NCBI GenBank assembly: GCA_017524445.1
Contig: JAFXVP010000009.1
Span: 28,702-92,701, forward strand
Direction: 5' to 3'
Length of the DNA: 64,000 nt
Origin: Clostridia bacterium
Lineage (GTDB): Bacteria > Bacillota > Clostridia > Christensenellales > CAG-138
The position numbers and the translations under genes are program-made. Positions 16,627 through 25,472 of this stretch are shown here, piece after piece (positions within the stretch are counted from its first letter, which is position 1; each line of letters begins with the position of its first letter). The notes under the pieces were generated by a model. The model did not search any database. It saw only the letters and a program-made list of their open reading frames with translations, and was not told the origin of the DNA.

Positions 16627-16837
16627 CGCCGCGGACCCGCCGCGCCGCAAATCTGCCGCAATATCCGCCGTTATTTCGCCGTTTTTGCGGAAATGGACAA
16701 TGCCAAAACGCACGCGTTTCCATTGTCACGCCGCGGCGGACGTGCTATTCTATACCTGAAAACAAGGAGATGCAGCGACGCATCCCTGATCGTCCCGAAA
16801 ATGTGATTACATCGAAACCGCAAAGGAGGTGGAACCG

Positions 16838-17083
16838 ATGAGAAAGGGATTGATTGGCAGTGTTCTGATCGTTTGTCTCGCGATCGTCGTCCTGACGGTC
16901 GCCTGCTCCGGAGGCGGCCGCACGTCGAACCGTTCCGGCTGCGGCGGATGTTCCCTCGGCTGCATGGCGTGCGCCGCCTGCACCGCGTGCACGGCGATCG
17001 GCTGTGCGCAATCCTGCGGGGACAACGTTCTCGATACCCTGCAGAGCTATGACGTTGATACTCTCACGAGCGACTATCATTGA
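16838..17083 (+). CDS. Small Cys-rich putative lipoprotein/membrane protein (81 aa)
   Basis: ATG at 16838 after AAAGGAGG. Signal/TM segment ending LTVAC, then a 9-Cys cluster CGGCSLGCMACAACTACTAIGCAQSC and an acidic tail. Confidence 0.6.
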   Translation: MRKGLIGSVLIVCLAIVVLTVACSGGGRTSNRSGCGGCSLGCMACAACTACTAIGCAQSCGDNVLDTLQSYDVDTLTSDYH

Positions 17084-17093
17084 ACAGGCACGG

Positions 17094-17128
17094 AAAAAGG
17101 AGCCATCTACGTTGACGGCTCCTTTTTT
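17094..17128. terminator. Bidirectional rho-independent terminator
   Basis: AAAAAGGAGCCATCTACGTTGACGGCTCCTTTTTT between convergent genes. Confidence 0.8.
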
Positions 17129-17139
17129 ATTGATTCGGT

Positions 17140-19639
17140 TTATTTCCCGACGAGCGTTTCAATGAGCCCGACGACGTAGCGCAGGATCATGGCGGCGTCC
17201 TCAGCGGACAGCGTTTCGCCGCCGGAGACCAGCGCGTTTCTCATGCCCTGCTCGGAAAGCGTGTTGAGCCCGACGATCGCGCGCAGCACGAGCGCCGCGT
17301 CCGCTGCCGTAACGTCGCCGCTGCAGTTCGCGTCGCCGTACAGCGGCGCGGGGGTTGCCGTCGGTGTCGGCTTCGGCGTCGCGGTCGGCTTCGGCGTTGC
17401 GGTCGGCTTCGGCGTCGCCGTAGGCTTTACGGTTGCCGTCGGGGTCGGCGCCGGTCCGTTCGTAAGCTCGGTCGTATACCAGAGACTGCTGTCGGACACC
17501 GCGTAGACCGTGAGCTGTGCGCCCGTGTTGTTCTTCCTGCAGGTAAAGCACGCCTTATCGACGTCATAGCACAGCGTCGCCGTCGTCGTCTGACAGTTCG
17601 TAAAGACCGGCTTGCCGCTGCTCCACGAAAGCGTCCAGTACGCCGGGTTCTTTGCCGCCGTCGAAAGCGTCTTCGTCACGGAAAGCTTATTGGTGCTGCT
17701 CGTATAGCAGAGATACTGCTCGCTGCCCTTCATGCGGATCGTGTATTTGTCGTTTCCGACCGATTCGATCACGTAGATGTACGGAGTTGAAACGTCCGTC
17801 AGCGCGTCGCCCGCGACTATGATGCCGGTGCTGCCGATCGCAACCGCCGCGGAGGACGTGCTCACGGTGCTTGCGTTGGCGTCGGCGGAGAGCACGACGC
17901 TGCCTTCATAGGTCAGTACGGCTTCGCCCGACCAGTCCGCAGGTTCGCTGATCAGCAGCAGGAACGTTCCTTCCGGGATCGCCGCGCCGTTCTGTTCCGC
18001 ATAGGAATACAGCGCATAGTATGTTTTGTTCCCCGTCAGCGCAACGGCGTCGCCGGCACGCAGGCAGTCGGGACGCGTGTCCGTATCCGGAACGCGCGCG
18101 CTCACCCAGCCGTAGAACGCGTACGCATGCGCGTTCGCCGTCGGCGTACCGGAAGGCGTCGGCATTGTGATCGTGTCGCCGATATAACCCGAGATCGCGG
18201 CGCAGCTGACGCCGTCGGGCGTCACGAACGTCGCTTTGGCCGGCTCGCGCCTTGCAAAATCGATGCGGATCTCACAGTCGCAGTTCGCGCGGACCGAGAA
18301 CAGCGTTCTCGAAAGCCCGTCGCCGTTCTGCGTAACGGTCGCCGTGCCGGAGAGGACCTCGTAGCCCGTGACCGCGCAGCCGGTCTTCGGCGTCGCAATG
18401 ACCGTCGTGCCGGAGACCTCGACCGTGCCGAGACTTGCATCGTTCGCGAACGCCGTCACCGCAAACTGCGGGAACAGCGTCCAGGAGGAATACACCTCCT
18501 GCGCCTTGTCGACGTTGCCGTGACCGGGATAGGCGTCCTCGCTCGAAACGACGATCGGGTAGGCGGCCGGGGACGAATACGGATCCTTGATGCCGACCTT
18601 CTCCTTCATGTAGGCGATCGCTTCCCGCACGTCGCTGCCGCCCTTCATCTTGGTCCAGAACGCGGCTTCGTATTTATAGTCGCCGGTGAAGGAAACGGAC
18701 TGCGAATAGCCGTAAACGACCTCGACGCCCCTGTCGCGCAGCGGCGCCTGCATGCCGTCGGTCGCCATGCCGAGACAGATCGCCATCCACAGGAAGCTGT
18801 TCGGCGCGTAGCTTGTCATATGGTTCGCGATCGCCGTGCCGTCGACACAGTAATACTTCATGCCGTAATAGCCGGAGCCCGCGTAGTACGCGTGCTTGTA
18901 ACTGCCGTACGTGCCCTGCACGGTCGTCTGGTCGGCGGCGGTGATGCCCTCGCCGCTCTGCAGGCAAAGATAGGACGTGTTCGCGCGCGAGGTATAATCG
19001 TTGCCGCTCGCGTAGTCCGTGTCGCCGTGCGAGTCGAAGATGACCGTGCCGCAGGTTTCGAGCGCGTGCGCGATGTTGTCGATCGTCGCGTCGTTGACCT
19101 GATAGACCGTGCAGACGCCGCCCGTCGCCTGCGCGGGAATTGCCCTCGTTTTTGTACTGGTCGGTGAAGCTCGTGTCGAGTCCGTAATACGGACCGAACA
19201 CCGCGACCTCGGTGCTTCTCGGACTGCCGCCCTTGACTGCATAGGACACGGTTTCGATCCCGCTCACGGACGCGGGCTCCGCGCCGGTAAGCGATTCGGA
19301 GCGCAGCTTTGCGCGAAGCCGCGGCGAATAGCCGTAGCCCGTGCCGTCAACACCGTCCCAGAACAGAAAATCTCCGTTGCGGATCACGGAACCGGGCACA
19401 TACCCGCTCCAGCTTTCGACGATTTTCTGAACGCCGTCGGTCATGGCGGCAAAAACGGTCTCTGTCGCGTTCGCGGACGCGATCCCCTGCTCGTCGAGCC
19501 GTCTGTTTTCGTACCGCTCGATCTGTACCCAGATATCCTCCTCTGCGTCGGCGCTCGTTCCGGCCGGCAGGCGCATCAGTCCCATCGGCAGCAGCAAAAA
19601 TGCGGCAAGCAGGAACGCAAGCAGTCGTTTCATATTCAT
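17140..19639 (-). pseudogene. Frameshifted gene for a secreted caspase-fold cysteine peptidase-like protein with Listeria-Bacteroides-type repeat, PT linker and C-terminal dockerin
   Basis: Signal peptide MNMKRLLAFLLAAFLLLP in the 18674-19639 frame. The rest (IFDSHGDTDY.., WMAICLG.., YAFYGWV, PTATPKPTATPKP, dockerin LYGDANCSGDVTAADAALVLR..SAEDAAMILRYVVGL) is in the 17140-19242 frame. The frames switch near 19135-19155 (GGCAATTCCC / A5 run). Confidence 0.7.
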
Positions 19640-19813
19640 ATCGTTTCTCCTTTCGGGAAATATCGCTCGTAAAATTAATTATATCATATGCGGACTGCGG
19701 TTTCAATCCGTTTTTCCGTTCTGCACATGCGGAAAAAGAGATGGACGCGGAACGCGTTTCGCAGTATAATAGAGCAGTATAATAGAAAGGCAAGACACAC
19801 GGAGGTATCGCAA

Positions 19814-20332
19814 ATGGAAGTACGGGATCAAAACGGATTGACGGAGCAGGAGTTTTTGGCGGCATACCGGGACAAGCATTATCCCGCGCCGTATCTGACG
19901 GCGGACATGGTGCTGCTGAGCGAAGGAAAAGACGTGCTGATGATCCGGCGCAAGGGCCATCCGTACCTCGGCTGCTGGGCGCTGCCGGGCGGGTTTGTGG
20001 AGCAGGGCGAAAGCGCGGCGGAAGGCGCATTGCGTGAGCTGATGGAAGAGACGAACGTGACGGGCTTTACGGTCGACGATATCCACGAGATCGGGCTGTT
20101 TTCTAAACCCGGACGCGACCCGCGCGGCTGGATCGTATCGGACGCGTTTCTCGTTCCGGTGAAGCGCGAGGACGTGCATTTCAAGGCGGGCGACGACGCG
20201 GCGGACGCGGCGTGGATCACGATCGCGCGCGACGGCGATACGCTCGTCTTTCCGGAGGGCGTTTCGCTTGCGTTCGACCACGCGGACGTGCTCAGAAAAG
20301 CGTTCGCGCTGTACGACCGGATCGCAAGATAA
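19814..20332 (+). CDS. NUDIX hydrolase
   Basis: ATG at 19814 after GGAGG. Nudix box [23 protein letters not shown]. Confidence 0.85.
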   Translation: MEVRDQNGLTEQEFLAAYRDKHYPAPYLTADMVLLSEGKDVLMIRRKGHPYLGCWALPGGFVEQGESAAEGALRELMEETNVTGFTVDDIHEIGLFSKPGRDPRGWIVSDAFLVPVKREDVHFKAGDDAADAAWITIARDGDTLVFPEGVSLAFDHADVLRKAFALYDRIAR

Positions 20333-20349
20333 TATACCCCGCGAAGGGG

Positions 20350-20378
20350 TTGACACCGGCGCGTGTTCGCGTTACATT
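20350..20378 (+). promoter_or_regulatory. sigma-A-type promoter TTGACA-17-TACATT for glyA-folD
   Basis: TTGACA at 20350-20355 and TACATT at 20373-20378, followed by a GCAAAAAG/CTTTTTGC leader hairpin. Confidence 0.6.
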
Positions 20379-20448
20379 TAGCATAGCAAAAAGGGCGCTT
20401 TTTGCGCTAAGAAAGCTCATAAACAAACAATTTACAGGAGGAACTCAC

Positions 20449-21699
20449 ATGGTAAACGAGGCATTGAAGCAGCTTCTGGCGTACGATCCCGAGATCGGCG
20501 CGGCAATGCAGGACGAGCTGAACCGTCAGCGCGGCAATCTCGAGCTGATCGCATCCGAAAACATCGTTTCGGAAGCGGTGCTCATGGCGATGGGCAGCGT
20601 GCTCACCAACAAGTATGCAGAGGGCTATCCCGGCAAGCGCTATTACGGCGGCTGCCAGTTCGTGGACGTCGTGGAGAATCTCGCGATCGAGCGCGCAAAG
20701 AAGCTGTTCGGCTGCGATTACGCAAACGTGCAGCCGCATTCCGGCGCACAGGCGAACATGGCGGTGTTCTTCGCGGTGCTGAACCCGGGCGACACGTTCA
20801 TGGGCATGTATCTTTCTAACGGCGGTCACCTCACCCACGGCTCTCCGGTCAATATGTCCGGCAAATACTATCACTGCGTTTCCTACGGTGTGGACGAGCA
20901 CGGCGTCATCGACTACGAGGACGTGCGGAAAAAGGCATTGGAGTTCCGTCCGAAGCTGATCGTCGCAGGCGCGAGCGCGTACTGCCGCACGATCGACTTC
21001 CCGAAATTCCGTGCCATCTGCGACGAGGTCGGCGCGGTCCTGATGGTCGACATGGCGCACATCGCGGGTCTCGTGGCGGCGGGCGAGCATCCCTCCCCCT
21101 TCCCCTACGCGGACGTCGTCACCACCACCACGCACAAGACGCTGCGCGGTCCGCGCGGCGGTCTGATCCTCGCAAACCAGGAAGCGGCGGATAAGTTCAA
21201 CTTCAACAAGGCGATCTTCCCGGGCATTCAGGGCGGTCCTCTGATGCACGTCATCGCGGGCAAGGCGGTCGCGCTCCAAGAAGCGCTGAAGCCCGAGTTC
21301 AAGGCATATCAGCACCAGGTCGTTCTGAACGCGAAGGCGCTTGCGCAGGCGCTCATGGACGAAGGTCTCAAGATCGTTTCCGGCGGCACGGACAACCACC
21401 TCATGCTGCTCGACCTCATCGGTCTCGACGTTTCCGGCAAGGCGCTGCAGAACCGTCTCGACGAAGTCCACATCACGGTCAACAAGAATACCGTTCCCGG
21501 CGAGCCCAGAAGCCCGTTCGTGACCTCCGGCGTCCGCATCGGCACGCCTGCCGTCACGACCCGCGGTCTCAAGGAAGAGGACATGAAGACGATCGCGCAC
21601 TGCATCGCGCTCGCGATCAACGACTTCGAGAATTCCAAGGAATACATCGACGCAGAAGTCAAGAAGCTCTGCGACAAATACCCGATCTATCAGGACTGA
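20449..21699 (+). CDS. glyA: Serine hydroxymethyltransferase
   Basis: [26 protein letters not shown] and [14 protein letters not shown] motifs. Start at 20449 after AGGAGG. Confidence 0.95.
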   Translation: MVNEALKQLLAYDPEIGAAMQDELNRQRGNLELIASENIVSEAVLMAMGSVLTNKYAEGYPGKRYYGGCQFVDVVENLAIERAKKLFGCDYANVQPHSGAQANMAVFFAVLNPGDTFMGMYLSNGGHLTHGSPVNMSGKYYHCVSYGVDEHGVIDYEDVRKKALEFRPKLIVAGASAYCRTIDFPKFRAICDEVGAVLMVDMAHIAGLVAAGEHPSPFPYADVVTTTTHKTLRGPRGGLILANQEAADKFNFNKAIFPGIQGGPLMHVIAGKAVALQEALKPEFKAYQHQVVLNAKALAQALMDEGLKIVSGGTDNHLMLLDLIGLDVSGKALQNRLDEVHITVNKNTVPGEPRSPFVTSGVRIGTPAVTTRGLKEEDMKTIAHCIALAINDFENSKEYIDAEVKKLCDKYPIYQD

Positions 21700-21702
21700 T
21701 CC

Positions 21703-22548
21703 ATGGCGGAGATCTTAAAGGGCAAGCCCGTCGCGGACGCCATGGTCGCGCGGATGCGCGAAACCGCGGAAACGCTGAAAGCGAACGGCGTTGAACCGAC
21801 GCTCAGCGTCGTCCGCGTGGGCGAACGCGCCGACGATCTTTCGTATGAAAAGGGCGTAGTAAAGCGCTGCGAGCAGGTCGGCGTCACGCTCCGGCAGGTG
21901 ATCCTGCCCGAAACCGTCACGCAGGCGGAATTCGAGGAAGCGTTCGAGGCGGTCAACCGCGATCCGAAGGTTCACGGCATTCTGCTGTTCCGACCGCTGC
22001 CGAAAACGCTGGATTCCGAGCGCATCCGTAAGCTGTTCGATCCCCGTAAGGACGTCGACGGCTGGACGGACGGCTCGCTTGCGGGCGTGTACGCGAACAC
22101 GGACCTCGGCTTTGCGCCGTGCACCGCGCAGGCGGTGATCGAGATCCTGCGCTTTTACGGGATCGACCCGAAGGGCAAGCGCGCCGTCGTCATCGGTCGT
22201 TCGCTCGTCATCGGGCGTCCGGTCTCGATGCTTCTGATGCACGCAAACGCCACGGTCACGACCTGCCACACACGGACGGTCGACGTGCCCGCGATTGCGC
22301 GGGAAGCGGACATTCTCGTCTGCGCCGCGGGCGTGATGAAAAGCGTCACCGAGGCATTCACGAACCCGGATCAGGTCGTCGTCGACGTGGGCATCCATTG
22401 GGACGAAGCAAAGGGCGGACTTTCGGGCGACGTCGATTTCGACCGCGTCTCCCCCGTCGTAAGAGCGATCACCCCGGTCCCCGGCGGCGTCGGCAGCATC
22501 ACGACCTGCGTGCTTTTAGACCATGTCCTGAAAGCTGCGGAAAGATAA
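21703..22548 (+). CDS. folD: Bifunctional methylenetetrahydrofolate dehydrogenase/cyclohydrolase
   Basis: VGERADDLSYEKG, GRSLVIGRPVSMLL and TPVPGGVG motifs; 281 aa. Confidence 0.95.
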   Translation: MAEILKGKPVADAMVARMRETAETLKANGVEPTLSVVRVGERADDLSYEKGVVKRCEQVGVTLRQVILPETVTQAEFEEAFEAVNRDPKVHGILLFRPLPKTLDSERIRKLFDPRKDVDGWTDGSLAGVYANTDLGFAPCTAQAVIEILRFYGIDPKGKRAVVIGRSLVIGRPVSMLLMHANATVTTCHTRTVDVPAIAREADILVCAAGVMKSVTEAFTNPDQVVVDVGIHWDEAKGGLSGDVDFDRVSPVVRAITPVPGGVGSITTCVLLDHVLKAAER

Positions 22549-22559
22549 AAAATACAAAA

Positions 22560-22592
22560 AACACCGTCTTCGGAACTCCCGAAGGCGGTGTT
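22560..22592. terminator. Bidirectional rho-independent terminator
   Basis: AACACCGTCTTCGGAACTCCCGAAGGCGGTGTT with A-rich and T-rich flanks, between folD and radA. Confidence 0.75.
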
Positions 22593-22603
22593 CTTATATT
22601 GCG

Positions 22604-23935
22604 TTAATCCATAAACAGCGCGCGGATCGCTTCGGAGACGTCGGAGACGCGGACGAGCTTGCAGGCGTGGTCGCCGACCTTCGCGCGGGACGGGATCAGA
22701 ACGGTCGTATAGCCGAGGCGGACCGCTTCCTTGATGCGCGTGTCGAGCTGCGAGGCGGAACGGATCTCGCCGGTCAGGCCAACTTCGCCGATCAGAACGG
22801 TCTTTTCGGGAAGCGGCTTTTCGAGGATCGAGGACGCGACGCACATCGCGGTCGCAAGGTCCGCGCCGCGGTCGACGATGCGCAGGCTCCCCGCCACGTC
22901 GCAATACACGTCCTTGTCGGAAACGTGCAGCCGCGCCTTGCGTTCGAGCACGGCAAGGAGCACGTTCAGCCGGTTATAATCAAGCCCGACGGCGGTGCGC
23001 CGCGGCGCCTGAAACGCCGTCGGGACAAGAAGCGACTGGATCTCGCAGACGAGCGGACGCGAGCCCTCCAATACGCACGTCACGGCGGTGCCTGCGACGT
23101 TCCTTCCGGAAACGAACAGCGACGCGGGATCCTTTACCTCGCGCATGCCGGTCCCGCACATTTCGAACACGCCGAGCTCATCGGTCGAGCCGAAGCGGTT
23201 TTTGACCGCGCGCAGCAGCCGCAGCCCTTCGTGCCGATCGCCTTCGAAATACAAAACGGTATCCACGATGTGCTCGAGCACGCGCGGGCCCGCGATCGCT
23301 CCGTCCTTGGTCACGTGTCCGACGATGAACACGACCGTGCCGGTATCCTTGGCAAACCGCGTGAACAGCGCCGTCGCCGCGCGTACCTGCGAGACGCTGC
23401 CCGCCGCGCTTTCGGCGGCTGCGCACTCCATCGTCTGGATCGAGTCGACGATCAGCATCTGCGCGCTTACTTCCTTTGCGCGCCCGATCGCCTCCTCCGC
23501 GTTCGTCTCTGTGTACAGAAAGAGGTTTTCACCCTTGACGCCGAGCCGGTCGGCGCGCAGGCGTATCTGCGAATTGCTCTCCTCGCCGGAAACGTACAGC
23601 ACCGGGCCGGAGGCGGAAAGGTTGTCCGCGGCTTCCAACAGAAGCGTCGATTTGCCGATGCCGGGATCGCCGCCGAGGAGCACGACCATGCCCTTGACGA
23701 GCCCGCCGCCGAGCACGCGGTCGAGTTCGCCGATGCCGGTGGAGATGCGCGGCTGCGCTTCGGCTTTGACGTTTATGAGCGGTACCGCCTTTGTGCCGGC
23801 GGTCACGGACAGGCGCGAGAGCACGCGCTCCTCCTCGACGAGCGTGTTCCAGCTTCCGCAGCTCGGGCATTTCCCCATCCAACGCGGCGTTTCATACCCG
23901 CATTCTCCGCAGACGTACAGCGTTTTTTCCTTCAT
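22604..23935 (-). CDS. radA: DNA repair protein RadA/Sms
   Basis: N-terminal zinc ribbon YVCGECGYETPRWMGKCPSCGSW, Walker A GGDPGIGKSTL, KNRFG motif, Lon-like C-terminus. Confidence 0.95.
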   Translation of the reverse strand: MKEKTLYVCGECGYETPRWMGKCPSCGSWNTLVEEERVLSRLSVTAGTKAVPLINVKAEAQPRISTGIGELDRVLGGGLVKGMVVLLGGDPGIGKSTLLLEAADNLSASGPVLYVSGEESNSQIRLRADRLGVKGENLFLYTETNAEEAIGRAKEVSAQMLIVDSIQTMECAAAESAAGSVSQVRAATALFTRFAKDTGTVVFIVGHVTKDGAIAGPRVLEHIVDTVLYFEGDRHEGLRLLRAVKNRFGSTDELGVFEMCGTGMREVKDPASLFVSGRNVAGTAVTCVLEGSRPLVCEIQSLLVPTAFQAPRRTAVGLDYNRLNVLLAVLERKARLHVSDKDVYCDVAGSLRIVDRGADLATAMCVASSILEKPLPEKTVLIGEVGLTGEIRSASQLDTRIKEAVRLGYTTVLIPSRAKVGDHACKLVRVSDVSEAIRALFMD

Positions 23936-25113
23936 TTCTTTTCTCCGACCGTCATAAATTCCATGATGTCCTTCTCACGCCAGGTCACGTCCATCCACGC
24001 GATCACGTCCTCGCCGCCGCCCAGGAGCATGGCGGTCTCGTCGCTGCGCGTCGTGCAAAACGTCGTCCCGTCGCCGTAATAATACACATAATTCCTATCG
24101 AACCGCGAATACGCGATAAACCCGTTGCCGAGCACGAAATCGACCGCGCCCTGCACGACCTCGACGGTGGTCTTGCCGTCGTACCAAAGGATGTGCCCGT
24201 CCTCGGCGTGATCGGAATCGAGAAACGCGATCCCGTCCGCGTTCATCTGCGGATCGTGCACGTAGCCGGAAACAGGGACCGTCTCGCTCTTGCCGGTCTC
24301 AACGTCCAGCGTCGTGAGGGCTCCGTCCGGCGCGACGTACAGAAGCGTGCTTCCGAACATGAACGGCTTTGACAGCGCATAGGGACCGCCGTCGAAGATC
24401 ACAAGCGTCGCGCTTTCGCCCGTGTTGAGATCGACCGCAAAGAGCTTGTCGCGGCTCTGTCCGGTGCGCTCGATCCAGAACGCCGTATCGCCGCAGATGA
24501 CGGGCTTCGGAAGCCCTGTATGCACCACCTTCAGCACGCGCGTTTCCTGTGTTTCAAGGTTATACGCCGTCATCTGCCCGCCGCCGTTTGCCGCCGCGTC
24601 GAGATACACGATCCATGCGTCGTTCATCGCGGGGAAGCGGATGCTTTTGCAGGTCAGCGGAAGCCGGAGATACGTCTGCTGCTTTTTTGCGGTATCGTAG
24701 AGCAAAAGCCGCACGAACGCCGCCGTACCGTCCTGCGTGTAGTTGCCGATCGGCGCGAAGATCGTGCCGTGATACACGCCGACGTCCGTTACGTACTGAT
24801 ATTCGGGAACGACGATCTCGGTCTGCACGGACCGGAGATCCTCGCTGTACAGCGGATGATCGGGATACGGGTCGCGTGTGGGCTCCGGCGTCGGCACGGG
24901 CGTGACCGGGACCGGCGTTTCGACCGTCTTCTGACAGGAATAGGCATGATTGCCGAGGTTCACAAAAAACGGAACGGCGTATTTCCAGATCGCCCATCCG
25001 AGCGCGGCAAGAAAGCCCAGGACAAGCAGCAGCTCAAGCCAGGGCATGATGCGGAATCGCGTCAGATACTTGCCCGCTTTACCGGTGGAGCGGTACCGTT
25101 TTTCATGCTTCAT
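23932..25113 (-). CDS. Membrane-anchored hypothetical protein with Pro-rich linker and beta-rich ectodomain, translationally coupled to radA
   Basis: TM segment WLELLLVLGFLAALGWAIW, linker PVPVTPVPTPEPT, repetitive beta-strand blocks. The stop overlaps the radA start (ATGA). Confidence 0.6.
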   Translation of the reverse strand: MKHEKRYRSTGKAGKYLTRFRIMPWLELLLVLGFLAALGWAIWKYAVPFFVNLGNHAYSCQKTVETPVPVTPVPTPEPTRDPYPDHPLYSEDLRSVQTEIVVPEYQYVTDVGVYHGTIFAPIGNYTQDGTAAFVRLLLYDTAKKQQTYLRLPLTCKSIRFPAMNDAWIVYLDAAANGGGQMTAYNLETQETRVLKVVHTGLPKPVICGDTAFWIERTGQSRDKLFAVDLNTGESATLVIFDGGPYALSKPFMFGSTLLYVAPDGALTTLDVETGKSETVPVSGYVHDPQMNADGIAFLDSDHAEDGHILWYDGKTTVEVVQGAVDFVLGNGFIAYSRFDRNYVYYYGDGTTFCTTRSDETAMLLGGGEDVIAWMDVTWREKDIMEFMTVGEKK

Positions 25114-25271
25114 ACCGTTATTTTACACCGAATTCCCCTCGCGGTCAATCGGTCAACACAGCATGCAAAAACTTTTGACACGCTGCGCAGACTGATAAAC
25201 GCAACAAAGTCACGAACCGCCCGCGGGCGGTTTATTGTTTCGCTTTGCTCAACTGTATGAAGACGTAAATG

Positions 25272-25310
25272 AAAACGTCGCCGCGAACGTAGCGACGTTC
25301 GCGGCGACGA
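25272..25310 (-). terminator. Rho-independent terminator downstream of tRNA-Thr
   Basis: Minus strand CGTCGCCGCGAACGTCGCTACGTTCGCGGCGACG followed by TTTTCATTT. Confidence 0.7.
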
Positions 25311-25386
25311 TGGAGCTGATGATCAGATTCGAACTGACTACCTCGTCATTACCAATGACGTGCTCTACCTACTGAGCTACATCAGC
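25311..25386 (-). tRNA. tRNA-Thr (anticodon GGU), CCA encoded
   Basis: Minus strand GCTGATGTAGCTCAGTAGGTAGAGCACGTCATTGGTAATGACGAGGTAGTCAGTTCGAATCTGATCATCAGCTCCA. Cloverleaf with 7-bp acceptor, GCTC/GAGC D stem, CGTCA/TGACG anticodon stem, loop TTGGTAA, TTCGAAT T-loop. Confidence 0.9.
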
Positions 25387-25398
25387 GCTGCAACGCGC

Positions 25399-25427
25399 AT
25401 TATAACAAATACGCGTCAAGATTGCAA
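25399..25427 (-). promoter_or_regulatory. sigma-A-type promoter TTGCAA-17-TATAAT (TGT extended) for tRNA-Thr
   Basis: Minus-strand TTGCAA (25422-25427), 17-nt spacer ending TGT, TATAAT (25399-25404), about 12 nt before the tRNA 5' end. Confidence 0.65.
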
Positions 25428-25472
25428 GTCCTTTTTTCAAATTCCCGAAAAATTATCGACCGGCTGAATGCA

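Noticed and set aside
16627-16830. Possible cobalamin riboswitch upstream of the cobT operon
   Set aside because: One would be expected by context, but I could not find the B12-box (GCCACTG / AGYCMGGAGACCKGCC-like) or the GGGAA/GGTG core on the minus strand. In addition, a near-consensus TTGACG-17-TATAAT promoter sits only about 35 nt from the ATG, so this region would not be in the leader. It does contain hairpins (GACAATG..CATTGTC). A covariance-model scan (Rfam RF00174) would settle it.
20379-20448. Possible riboswitch or T-box in the glyA leader
   Set aside because: The leader is only about 65 nt and has a single simple hairpin (GCAAAAAG-GGCG-CTTTTTGC). That is too short for T-box, THF or ZTP architectures.
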